Positions 34,396 to 44,222 of a DNA stretch of 64,000 bases are shown here, piece by piece. Each line of letters begins with the position of its first letter. Position 1 is the first letter of the stretch. The stretch spans positions 186,001-250,000 of the forward strand of contig NW_026515635.1 in NCBI RefSeq assembly GCF_000738915.1. Reading direction: 5' to 3'. The DNA comes from Nematocida ausubeli (Eukaryota). Position numbers and translations under genes: made by a program. The notes under the pieces are model-generated. The model saw nothing but the letters and a program-made list of their open reading frames with translations, did not search any database and was not told the DNA's origin.

Positions 34396-34831
34396 AAAAA
34401 AATTCTTTTGGGCGTGCTAAAGATAGAAGCTGGTTTGGCTTCCAAATTAAAGGGGCAAGACTTTATTCTGCTCTGCATAATACAGAATTATCTATTAGTA
34501 TGTAGAGCAGGCGTACCAAGAAAGAAAGCCTTTTCTGGTTGGCATTGCGGATTCTTAGAGATTTTGTAAAAATGAACCTCTACACTGAGTGTGAAAAAGC
34601 TAAGTATACAATAGCGCCCACAGATACTACTTGATAAATATTTTATTAATGAACAAAAAACAGCTAACTATTATAGTACAATTCAACAAAAGAACCCTCT
34701 ATGGCATCTTCAACACTATAGTGTATCTAGTAGTAGAGCTACAGCGATTCCTCATAGAACATTCTCCTGTTGGCTACGCCAGATGCAGCTATACATCTGG
34801 GCAGTCTTCTTAGACTGCATAAGAGGCCTTT

Positions 34832-35821
34832 CTACTCTGCTGGCGTAAGAGAGTCAAATGGAAGTAGATGCGGCGGCGTGGGTGCAGGAGAATTCGTGAA
34901 ATATGGATGATTTAAAATCTCCAAAATAGTAATTCTCTTGGTGGGATCATACACCAGCATCTTGTTCAGCAAATCAATTGCATCGGGCCCTGCAGCTCCA
35001 AAGCAAGATGCGAAATTGCACCTAGGCACATGGGATGGCATTTTCAGCCCATCTTTGTTGTGCCCTATGCTCTCCCACTCTTCTATGGTGGGCGTGCCAA
35101 CTGTTGAATATATTAGCTCTAGCTGGTGCAAATCCGACCGCCCTGGAAGGTACGGGCTGCGCTGGAGTAGCTCTGCAAATAGACATCCAAGAGCCCAGAT
35201 ATCTATGGCAAATGTGTAGTTGGTGCATCCCAGAAGTATTTCAGGGGACTTGTACCACCGTGTTACCACATGCGGAGTTAGCATGCGTACCGGAAGCCCA
35301 AGGTCAACAGACAGCCCAAAATCGGCAAGCTTCAGCTCTCCATTCCTATTAACAAGTATGTTATTGGGCTTTATATCTCGGTGAACAATAAACCGCGAAT
35401 GGCACTCGTGCAGACCCTTGCAGATCATCAGCATCCAGGACTTGACGTCCTGCGGCATGAATATGAGCTTTTTGCTGCGTATTATAACCTCCAAATTGCT
35501 GTCCATGTATGGAAGAATCAAATGAATGCGTTTATCCTGAATAATCGTATCGTATAGATTGATTATGTAATCTGATTTCAGATAGTTTAGGTACTTTATC
35601 TCCCTTAGCGTTGACATGTCAATATCTAGCCGCGCCGCATCTTTTTTGACTCGCTTTATGGCTATCTGCCGTCCTGGAAGCGCATTATATGGAGGGGTCT
35701 CTGTGATGATATCCGAAGAGGCGTCTGCTGGGTTTACAAGATACTCCTTTCCCATGTAAATTACAGCATAGGTTCCCTCTCCTATCTTCGTGTCCTTTGT
35801 ATATCTTTTCACTTTATCCAT
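34832..35821 (-). CDS. KIN28: TFIIH kinase Kin28/CDK7
   Basis: GEGTYAVIY, IDMSTLREIKYL, HRDIKPNNIL, LADFGL and LTPHVVTRWY. Confidence 0.88.
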   Translation of the reverse strand: MDKVKRYTKDTKIGEGTYAVIYMGKEYLVNPADASSDIITETPPYNALPGRQIAIKRVKKDAARLDIDMSTLREIKYLNYLKSDYIINLYDTIIQDKRIHLILPYMDSNLEVIIRSKKLIFMPQDVKSWMLMICKGLHECHSRFIVHRDIKPNNILVNRNGELKLADFGLSVDLGLPVRMLTPHVVTRWYKSPEILLGCTNYTFAIDIWALGCLFAELLQRSPYLPGRSDLHQLELIYSTVGTPTIEEWESIGHNKDGLKMPSHVPRCNFASCFGAAGPDAIDLLNKMLVYDPTKRITILEILNHPYFTNSPAPTPPHLLPFDSLTPAE

Positions 35822-36101
35822 GAATCAGCTTCCGAAAAAATGAAAAATAAAAGTGTTCGTCTGATGTGCTTTTTCTATAGGGAAAGCTCAAAGGCCCAAG
35901 CTGCAAAAGCTCAAATAGGCAGCATGCAAAGACATTCTGCTCCTAAAATTCCTTTGGAGACTTACAATAGTGCGCCTTTTAGTGCACTTAGCATTTTATT
36001 TAATTTTATTTAATACAGCGCATTTCTTACTGTCATACTAGATTCGTTTAAACTGTGTCTCTAGCAAGCCATATTTAATTCGTGCCCTTTTCTCTTTTTT
36101 T

Positions 36102-38033
36102 ATGGTAAAAATATTGTACAACCATAGTAGACGGCATCACATCTTAGCATACGCACTGGCAAAGGAGTGCAAGGGAGTAGAGGTAGAATACTCCGCTGAA
36201 AAAGAAAGCGGTTGCTTCAACTACCAGTCTTTAATTGACTTGCTGCAGAATATTCCAGAGATATCACTTGAGACAATGGAGTACCTAAATGGATGGAAGC
36301 TAGGAATGACATATCCTGAGATAACCAAGATAACAAACACTTTGGAGGAGTCAGATATAGAGGGTCTGCAGCCCATCCAGAAGACACTTCTCTTTTTCCT
36401 TCTCTACTCTGAAACTATTTTTGTAAATCTTCATAAGGCAGGAAAGCTGAAGAGTCTTGCAAAGGTAGATAAATTCTACACAGAGCAGCTGGCAGCAGAG
36501 GGAGATTTGATAAAGGAGTATGAGAAGCAGAAGAAGGCAGACACAAAGCCAGACGACCAGGCTTCATTTGACATAGGTCTGCCAGAAGGATACCGTGTGG
36601 TCACTAGATTCCCTCCAGAGCCAAGTGGCTACATGCACATTGGCCATGCAAAGGCAGCACTTCTCAACCAGTACTTTGCTGAGAAGTACCACGGACAGCT
36701 AATTATAAGGATGGATGACACGAATCCATCTAAGGAAAAGGGTGAGTTTGAAGAGAGCATCATGGAGGATATTTCCTCGCTGGGAATAAAGGGAAATGTA
36801 AAAACCCGCACAAGCAACCACTTTGATCTGCTGCTTGATTTTGCAAAACAGATGATAGAGATGGGCCTTGCGTACTGTGATAATACGCCTGTGGAGCAGA
36901 TGCGAATGGAAAGAGACAAAGGAATCCACTCCAAAAACAGAACTGCGTCTGTCCGTGAGAATATGAGTGTTTTTAACAAGATGATAAGTACTAACGAGTG
37001 CGATGACTACTGCCTGCGCGCCAAAATAAATATGGAGGATCTAAACAAGGCGATGCGAGACCCTGTTATATATAGAGTAAATCTGACTCCTCATCACTAC
37101 ACTGGAACAAAGTACAGAGTATATCCCACGTATGACTTCGCGTGCCCAATCATAGACAGTATAGAGGGCGTTACTCTGGCCTTAAGAACAAGTGAGTACC
37201 GCGACAGGAACCCGCAGTACATGTGGTTTATATCTGCTCTTAGTCTGAAAAACCGGCCCATCATATGGGACTTCTCCAGACTGAACTTTAAGAAAACTGT
37301 GCTCAGCAAGCGAAATCTAAAGGAGCTGGTGGAGCAAGGACGAGTAAATGGGTGGGATGACCCTAGAATGCCCACTATCCGGGGAATACTCCGAAAGGGT
37401 CTTACAAAACAGGCTTTAAAGGAGTATGTGATTATGCAAGGTCCTTCCAAGAATACTGTACTTTTGGAGTGGGATAAGCTATGGGCTATAAACTCTAAAA
37501 TAGTGGAAAAGAGCGCAAAGAAAATACACGGTATAAGCAAGGATGATATGATAGACATCAAAATACTGCCTGGAGCTAGTGCTTTAGCCAGTGGAGACCG
37601 AGTGGTTACAGAAACTCTATACATCTCAAAGAGCGATCTTGGGTCTATTGCTGTCGGAGATGACATTACCCTTATGGGCCTTGGAACCTTCAAACTCACT
37701 GAGACATCTCCTCTTACTGCCAAGCCGCACGAAACCCATCCAAAGTACACCAAGGCTAGGCTAACATGGGTTCCAGAAGAAAGCGTTGCAGTAGCAACGG
37801 TTGAATATGGTGACTTACTTACTATTGATAAAATGGATGAGAGGGGAATTAATGAAGCTTTTAATGAGGACTCTAGGCACGAGGTGCTTTTCCAATGTGA
37901 TGAAAGAGTCAAATCTGTTTCCAAAGGGGACTTTGTTCAGATTGAGAAGAGAGGAATTTACTATGTGGACTCGGCACAGCCTCTTGTTCTTAATCTAGTT
38001 CCAACTACAAAACAGAATAATCGAAAGATATAG
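36102..38033 (+). CDS. GUS1: Cytosolic glutamyl-tRNA synthetase
   Basis: TRFPPEPSGYMHIGHAK, RMDDTNP, YPTYDFACP, VLSKR and GWDDPRMPT. Confidence 0.95.
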   Translation: MVKILYNHSRRHHILAYALAKECKGVEVEYSAEKESGCFNYQSLIDLLQNIPEISLETMEYLNGWKLGMTYPEITKITNTLEESDIEGLQPIQKTLLFFLLYSETIFVNLHKAGKLKSLAKVDKFYTEQLAAEGDLIKEYEKQKKADTKPDDQASFDIGLPEGYRVVTRFPPEPSGYMHIGHAKAALLNQYFAEKYHGQLIIRMDDTNPSKEKGEFEESIMEDISSLGIKGNVKTRTSNHFDLLLDFAKQMIEMGLAYCDNTPVEQMRMERDKGIHSKNRTASVRENMSVFNKMISTNECDDYCLRAKINMEDLNKAMRDPVIYRVNLTPHHYTGTKYRVYPTYDFACPIIDSIEGVTLALRTSEYRDRNPQYMWFISALSLKNRPIIWDFSRLNFKKTVLSKRNLKELVEQGRVNGWDDPRMPTIRGILRKGLTKQALKEYVIMQGPSKNTVLLEWDKLWAINSKIVEKSAKKIHGISKDDMIDIKILPGASALASGDRVVTETLYISKSDLGSIAVGDDITLMGLGTFKLTETSPLTAKPHETHPKYTKARLTWVPEESVAVATVEYGDLLTIDKMDERGINEAFNEDSRHEVLFQCDERVKSVSKGDFVQIEKRGIYYVDSAQPLVLNLVPTTKQNNRKI

Positions 38034-38979
38034 TTATTTATATAAATAAACCTTTCTATCGGCCATGCTAAATAGGATATCTTCTTTAAAATATAACTAT
38101 TAGTTATTGTACTGTGCTGCCAAAACAGAGTATATGAATACTTAAGTTATAAACTATTACTCTTGTATTATATAGTAGAATGCAATATTGGTTTTGTATA
38201 TTTATCCTATACTCTCTATATCTAATCTACCTCTTCTGTACTATGCCTTCATTCTCCTGTCTATGTCTTCTTATTATTCTTTCTTCTACATCTTTGCAAA
38301 AATAAACTCTACAATATTCGCGCTACCACTACTGTTCAGAAGGGTTTGTTTCTTCTAAAAAAAAGATAAAGACACACGAAAATCAGAAAACTGCACTTTT
38401 TGAAGAACCACTCTCAGCAAACACTCAGCGCAATGTAGAAAGCTGAATAAACTCCGCATTACACGCCAGCCACATAAAGAACAAAAAGGCTCTGCCCAGA
38501 CATGAAAACCTATGCGCACACCAGCACAGAACTATACACGCATACCACACATGATATACATACACGTATATACATACTATACACATACTATATACAGACT
38601 GCAAATATGCAATATGTATGCTGATAGAGACACATCAAAAGTAGACAAGAGTGCATTCCCCAAGCATGCCATGCAAGTGCCAAGACACAAGCTGTCTACC
38701 TCACCTACCCATCTGCACACACCTCCCTACATCAGCAGGTCTTCCTCCAATGCCTGCTGCACATGCCTTGTACACACTCTCCCGCTATATTAATTTTTCG
38801 TCATATGGCCCTCTGAGGTGCGCAATTTGCACATAGACCGGGCTATACACCGCAATTAAGTAAACAAACAGCAGAACCTGGCCTAGAGCGCACTTAGAAG
38901 GGCCCAATGCACATATTTCTCAATTTGATCATTTTTTGGGGGTATTTAAGGAGCACGCACTCTGCATTTCAGAACACCA

Positions 38980-39410
38980 GGAGAGCTGCATCTGTCTCAC
39001 GGCGCAGTGCAGAGAAGAGGGCTGGCTAGGAGGTGGCAGGAGCAAGCCGGCACTAACCCTGCCGGTGGGTCGTCCACTATTATCATTCCCTTCGGGGTAG
39101 CCTATAAGGCCATATGGAGTAGCTTGGATGCCAACTTTGTCATTAGGAAATTCCGCGCATGTTCTTTTTACCTTGATGCTTGTACATTTAATATTTAGAG
39201 CCGCTGCGTTGTCTAAGCCGAAGTGGCACTGAACTATGCGTGCACTGGACTTCCCTGCTCCTGTCCTCAGCACCGACTGGCCCTCTCCTCTGCGCAGCGC
39301 GCGCGATGGCCTGCCGTGCTGTCTGCAGCGCTCCGGCAAACAGCAGCATGCGCGGGCCGCTGGGTTCTCAGGCCAGTCGCAAGACGCCGCTCTCCCTGCA
39401 TATGCAGCAG
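38980..39410 (+). ncRNA. Putative large structured non-coding RNA, identity unknown
   Basis: Nested helices 38980-38990/39324-39334, 38998-39003/39313-39318, 39007-39025/39277-39295 (18 of 19 paired, 3 G-U) and 39035-39044/39256-39265. Also a C(UUCG)G loop at 39088-39097 and a GUC-GCAA-GAC loop. No credible ORF. Confidence 0.6.
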
Positions 39411-40065
39411 CTAACCACTACATGTGTATGCAGCGAGCGAAGATGTGCTGTGTGCAGGCAGTACATGGCGCCCGTACATGGCCGGTACACACTATTATTA
39501 ATAAACAGCCGCTCCCGATCTGCCTGCTGTCTTGCTGTACTGTGTCTGCCCTTTGTGTGCTCAACTAATATTCCTTGTCCGCAAGCCTCGAATGGCTTTT
39601 TATCTTAAACTCTTTTACTGTGCTGCTGGTATAAATACTGTTTCTTGGCCAGACGGCATTCTCTATTGTGAATACTGTAGCTGTGCAAATACTACTGTGC
39701 ATACAATCATAGATTTCTAAAAGTAGTTTAGCAGATAAATCTACGTCTTTATTTATTATTTAGAATATATAGTGCTGTGCTAAAGACATGTATAGTATTA
39801 TTCATGGTACTATTTTTTTAAATTTTATTAACACATATATAAAAAAGATCCTATTACATATATTGGCAGAAGTAATTTTCTTAAATAGAACCTTTTAATA
39901 CTAATATTTAAGCATGATTATGGCTAGTGCGCAATATAATCACTGCCTAAAGCACTTTGGATATACACTGTATTCTAGATGGTACTAATATACAGACAGA
40001 GTTAGAGAAAACAAGCTTATATGTATGTCTAAGGTGTAAATATTTATTGAATTATTGGGCGTACC

Positions 40066-40975
40066 TTTTGGGAGAGGCATTGCCAATCTCTAGTATTGGC
40101 TGAGTAGCAGCATGCGTAATCCGTTCCACATACTGGCCTACTACTTCCTTACTTACTTCGGTCGCCCACTCCAACTTTGTTAACACATACGCATATAGCA
40201 GGCGCAAGGCTTGCTATCAATCAATGAGGGAATCTTTCCATCCTCTCAGTCCTCTTGTCATTGACATATTTCAGTCTTGCTCAACCCGTGGGACACTTAA
40301 TGATCTACCTCACGATAGAACCTAGGGGTCAGGTCGATTCAGTGAACCTTTACCTGACGAGCATGCTCATACTTACTCAGTAAGTTCTCATCTGCGGCGG
40401 TATAACCAGGCCGTGGGGTATTCCCTGTATGAGCACCTGAGCTTTTAGAAGCTATTCGTCTATCAGGGGCCCTTCCGTGTACACTTAACCTAACCCTCCT
40501 ACTGGTCAAGCCTAGCGGTGGGGGGGAAATATCCGGGGGAAGTCCTGTAGCGGTAACCGCAATTAGGGATGATTTTCGAATCCCTGGCCGGCACTTTTCT
40601 TTAGGCATATCAACTCGGCTATACTGTGGACCTGCTGTCCGTTGCCAGACAGGTGGGACACGCGTGATTAGACGTGGCCTTTCAGGTAGTGGAGAGAACA
40701 TTAGTCCACTTTAACGCGTCAGGTTAGGTTCCGACCTAACTCCTACAACGGCCCCCTGCAGCCGTGCATTATCAATTAGCTTCTATCCTCGTGGGATAAA
40801 GGTCGGGGGAAACCTCTTTGTAGGGGTAGATTCATCTTCCAGCAACGGTCCGAGTATCCCCGTCTAAGATGCCCTACGGGCCCTAATGGTATCGAACTTC
40901 TTCATGCTCTTTGATGAAGTTTTCTTATGTTCGATTGAGCCACCGGACCCCTTTATTAGCCTAAAAGCCAGCACT
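40066..40975 (+). ncRNA. Putative ~900-nt structured ncRNA, candidate telomerase RNA
   Basis: GC-rich island with no credible ORF and many hairpins. G-U pairs and tetraloops favour the + strand. Telomere-complementary TAACCTAACCCT at 40486-40497. Boundaries are approximate. Confidence 0.55.
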
Positions 40976-41681
40976 ATTTTCTTTGAACTGCATGTATGCC
41001 ATAATAACATTATTGAAGTATAGTCTATTTATTGGATTAAGAAGCAAGAAAAAAGAATATCAGGCAAAGCCATTGCAGAACCTTGATTCAAAACACTGCA
41101 GGAATAAGACTAGAATGTAATATCCACATAAATGTATGCTCATTTGTTTCTGAAGCTGAGGGCGTACAATATCCTAAGATAAATAATTGCTCTGGCTCTA
41201 TATATTCAATTATAATATTATTTCTTGTAATTTCTTTAGAGAGTTCTATTGGCACAATTTTTCACATATTACAAGCCAATAAGTTGTAATAGCAGAACAG
41301 CTGCATGATATATCAGATTGAATCAAACACTCGATGTACCAATCAACTGAAGCAATATGCTATACAGTCCTTTCTCTGCATTTCGCTTTTTGTATGCCAA
41401 ATTGATTTGTCTGAATATCGCAGGCTGTTTTATGTTTAGTGAAGCTCTTCTATGCTACAGCTAGCTGTTATAGCTATTTTTCTAATACGTCACAAGCTCT
41501 AGACAGGAAAATACCCCACATCGCAAGGAGTGCTTAAAGAGAATCTTTTTCATCTGTGTGCTGGATATGCAAGTGCAGTCATAGGCTCCTTGCAATGCCA
41601 TACCGCAAGCAAGCATCTCAGAGTGCAGATGTAATTTATCTGTCTAATGTGGCATAATGCTCTAATATTTGCTGAGTATCT

Positions 41682-42926
41682 CTAGCCGTAGTTCAGCTTC
41701 ATGAGTCTTCTGACTTTGCCAGCAGGCGTTTCGAACTTCATTGGAGTAATTTCTTCTTCAAAGATGTTCTTCATCTCTGTACCAATCTCGTTTTCTAATG
41801 AGATCATATCGGCTGGAATCTTTTCAAGTATTCTTCGCACTTCTGAGTTTTTCTTCTCCTTTCTTGAGACATGGGGGTTCTCGTTTCTTCTGTAAGTGGG
41901 CAATCCAGCCCCTGGCACAATAATGTTCTCTATGCCAGACTTGCTTCCTACTGCAAGGATATCCTCGTATGGCATGAATGTAAGAGACGTTGCAAGATCT
42001 CTTCCTGTGTGGTGCTGTATCTCAGGCTGTAGGGACTGGCTGTACACCAAGACCGATGATTTCTGCGCAACTGCCAGCTTTCCTGTCTGGCAAACACCCA
42101 TCTCTCGGACTAGCCCAGGCATTGCCATCTCAGATAGAGGCTTGAACGTGTTTCTTATATCCCATGTCTTGATTTCATTTCTGGAGGCCGTGTAGAGCAC
42201 GCGCCCATCATCAGACACTTTGCAGTGTTCTACCTTGGACCGGTGGCATAGTACCTTTGCTAGATACTCTGGTGCTCTTGGAGACCAGAGAGAGACTGTG
42301 CCGGAGGATCCTGTTAGATACACCATGCCATTTGTTCTGTCCACCTCAACCTTTGAGTTTCTTTCCTTTGTTTTTATCTCTGACACACACTTGCCAATCG
42401 TTGTGTCCTGGTACCGAAGATACCCATTCTCCGAGATAGACGCAAGAAGGAAGTGGTCTTGCAGAAACTTTATACTCCTTACATCCCGCGCTTCTCGGAC
42501 GACATGCAGCTCCACACCCACCTTATCGTATATGTACACAGCCTTTGACTGCGCAAGTGCATAAAACTCGCCAGAGTGCAAAAACGTTCCGTCGTATATT
42601 CTGTCTTTAAGATATATCTCTGCATTTACGTTCATCCCAAGAGTGTTTACTGACTTCACCTCTTCCATCCCCAGATATAGAACAGTGTCTCCCGACGGAG
42701 AGTATCTTATTGTGTATGGACCATTATCCATTTTTAAGCTGTACGTTTTTTGCTTTGTGCCAATGTCCACCGAATTCATGATCTCCTCGCTGGTCACTAT
42801 GCCCTCAGCCTCTATTACTCCCTTTTTGGTCGTATTAAGAATATTATACTTGTCCTTGCTCTTGCTGTACCAGAGTTTTATGTCTTTCTGGTGTTGTATT
42901 TCTTGCTGCTGCTTCTTGAGTGTCAT
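41682..42926 (-). CDS. UTP7: U3 snoRNP WD40 protein Utp7 (WDR46/BING4)
   Basis: GPYTIRYS, ALAQSKAVYIYDKVGVELH, GYLRYQDTTIG, GTVSLWSP and BING4CT motif (FMPYEDILAVG..IIVPGAG..EVRRILEKIPADMI). Confidence 0.92.
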   Translation of the reverse strand: MTLKKQQQEIQHQKDIKLWYSKSKDKYNILNTTKKGVIEAEGIVTSEEIMNSVDIGTKQKTYSLKMDNGPYTIRYSPSGDTVLYLGMEEVKSVNTLGMNVNAEIYLKDRIYDGTFLHSGEFYALAQSKAVYIYDKVGVELHVVREARDVRSIKFLQDHFLLASISENGYLRYQDTTIGKCVSEIKTKERNSKVEVDRTNGMVYLTGSSGTVSLWSPRAPEYLAKVLCHRSKVEHCKVSDDGRVLYTASRNEIKTWDIRNTFKPLSEMAMPGLVREMGVCQTGKLAVAQKSSVLVYSQSLQPEIQHHTGRDLATSLTFMPYEDILAVGSKSGIENIIVPGAGLPTYRRNENPHVSRKEKKNSEVRRILEKIPADMISLENEIGTEMKNIFEEEITPMKFETPAGKVRRLMKLNYG

Positions 42927-42962
42927 ATAAAATTTTCGTTCTTATGCAAGGATTAAAAATAT

Positions 42963-44144
42963 ATGGATGATGATGAAGGCAGAGGGCAAAGAATTGTTTA
43001 CGATGGTAAGCGTATGAGAAAAGCCATAGCCAGAAGAAATGTAGACTATAATGGACCTCTTCTAAAATACAAACTAGAAGGTAAGTTTGGATATGTGCAG
43101 AAGCACCCGCTGTACTCTATTTACGTACCGCCTGTTACAGGTGCCTGCTCACTATCAAATAGTCTTACTGTTAACCTAGCGCACACAAGCATAAATAAAA
43201 TACGCACGCCAATTAACACGATACGGTATGCGCCAAATGGCAGAAGACTTATTTCTGGCGCTGCAACAGGGGAGTTCACGCTGTGGAATGGATTTAGCTT
43301 TAATTTTGAGACAATTCTGCAGGCGCACGACAGCGCGCTCCGGTCTCTGTGCTGGACCCCGTATGGAGATTATCTGCTGTCTGGCGACCAGATTGGGGTT
43401 GTTAAGTACTGGCAGCCTTCGATGAATAATCTGCAATTAATTGAAGCGCATAAAGAAGCCATTAGAGACATCAGCTTTTCTCCTCGAGGAAGCAAGTTTT
43501 GCACAGCCTCAGACGATGGAACCATCAAAGTATTTGACTTCCAAACAGCAAAAGAGGAGAGAAGTCTTTCTGGCCACGGGTGGGACGTAAGAGTGGCGCA
43601 GTGGCACAAAAGGCATGCGCTAATTGCAAGTGGAGGAAAGGACAACCTAGTTAAGCTATGGGATCCAAGGGGAAAGGAGCTTACTACTCTGCATATTCAT
43701 AAAAATACTGTTCTGTGTCTTAAATGGACAAATGATGGAGAGTGCATCCTTACAGGCGGAAAGGATCAAGTAATAAAGATGTTTAATCTGCGCGCAATGA
43801 AGGAAGAGTTTACACATAAGGGGCACCAAAAGGAGGCTACGGCTCTGTGCGTCCATCCATGCTTGGACAGCTTATTTGTGTCTGGCGGAGGAGAAGGAGC
43901 TGTTTATATTTGGCAGAAACACAATGAGTACCCTGTTCGGGTTATACCCGACGCCCATCAGAAAACTATCTGGTCAATGGACTTTCACCCGATTGGGCAT
44001 ACGCTAGCCACCAGCTCGGTTGATAATACGGTTAAGTTTTGGATTAGATCAAGGCCCTCTGCAGAGGGCTCCTCCGAGAATGTGGAAAGCGTGGATGTGG
44101 AGCAGGAAAGAATTCCCGGTGTAGGAAGCAATCTCCAGGAGTGA
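42963..44144 (+). CDS. PFS2: Polyadenylation factor Pfs2/WDR33
   Basis: YDGKRMRKAIARRNVDY, GEFTLWNGFSFNFETILQAHD and GHGWDV WD40 repeats. Confidence 0.93.
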   Translation: MDDDEGRGQRIVYDGKRMRKAIARRNVDYNGPLLKYKLEGKFGYVQKHPLYSIYVPPVTGACSLSNSLTVNLAHTSINKIRTPINTIRYAPNGRRLISGAATGEFTLWNGFSFNFETILQAHDSALRSLCWTPYGDYLLSGDQIGVVKYWQPSMNNLQLIEAHKEAIRDISFSPRGSKFCTASDDGTIKVFDFQTAKEERSLSGHGWDVRVAQWHKRHALIASGGKDNLVKLWDPRGKELTTLHIHKNTVLCLKWTNDGECILTGGKDQVIKMFNLRAMKEEFTHKGHQKEATALCVHPCLDSLFVSGGGEGAVYIWQKHNEYPVRVIPDAHQKTIWSMDFHPIGHTLATSSVDNTVKFWIRSRPSAEGSSENVESVDVEQERIPGVGSNLQE

Positions 44145-44222
44145 ATGTAAAAATGTCTTGTATGTGCCATAATAAATATCAGTTTTTAAAAAATATACAC
44201 TGTGCAGAAGTATGTCTTTAAT

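Noticed and set aside
40355..40380. Hammerhead core CTGACGA and U1-like ATACTTAC
   Set aside because: No stem II plus GAAA follows. The ATACTTAC is internal, paired in a helix and lacks other U1 features.
40535..40550. GGAAGTCC as RNase MRP/P CR-I
   Set aside because: No matching CR-V/P4 partner was found downstream by eye.
40339..40701. 120-aa minus-strand ORF, and the short ORFs at 38929-39720, as protein genes
   Set aside because: Composition is atypical (P/R/S/C-rich), there are no motifs, and they are expected by chance in GC-rich structured sequence.
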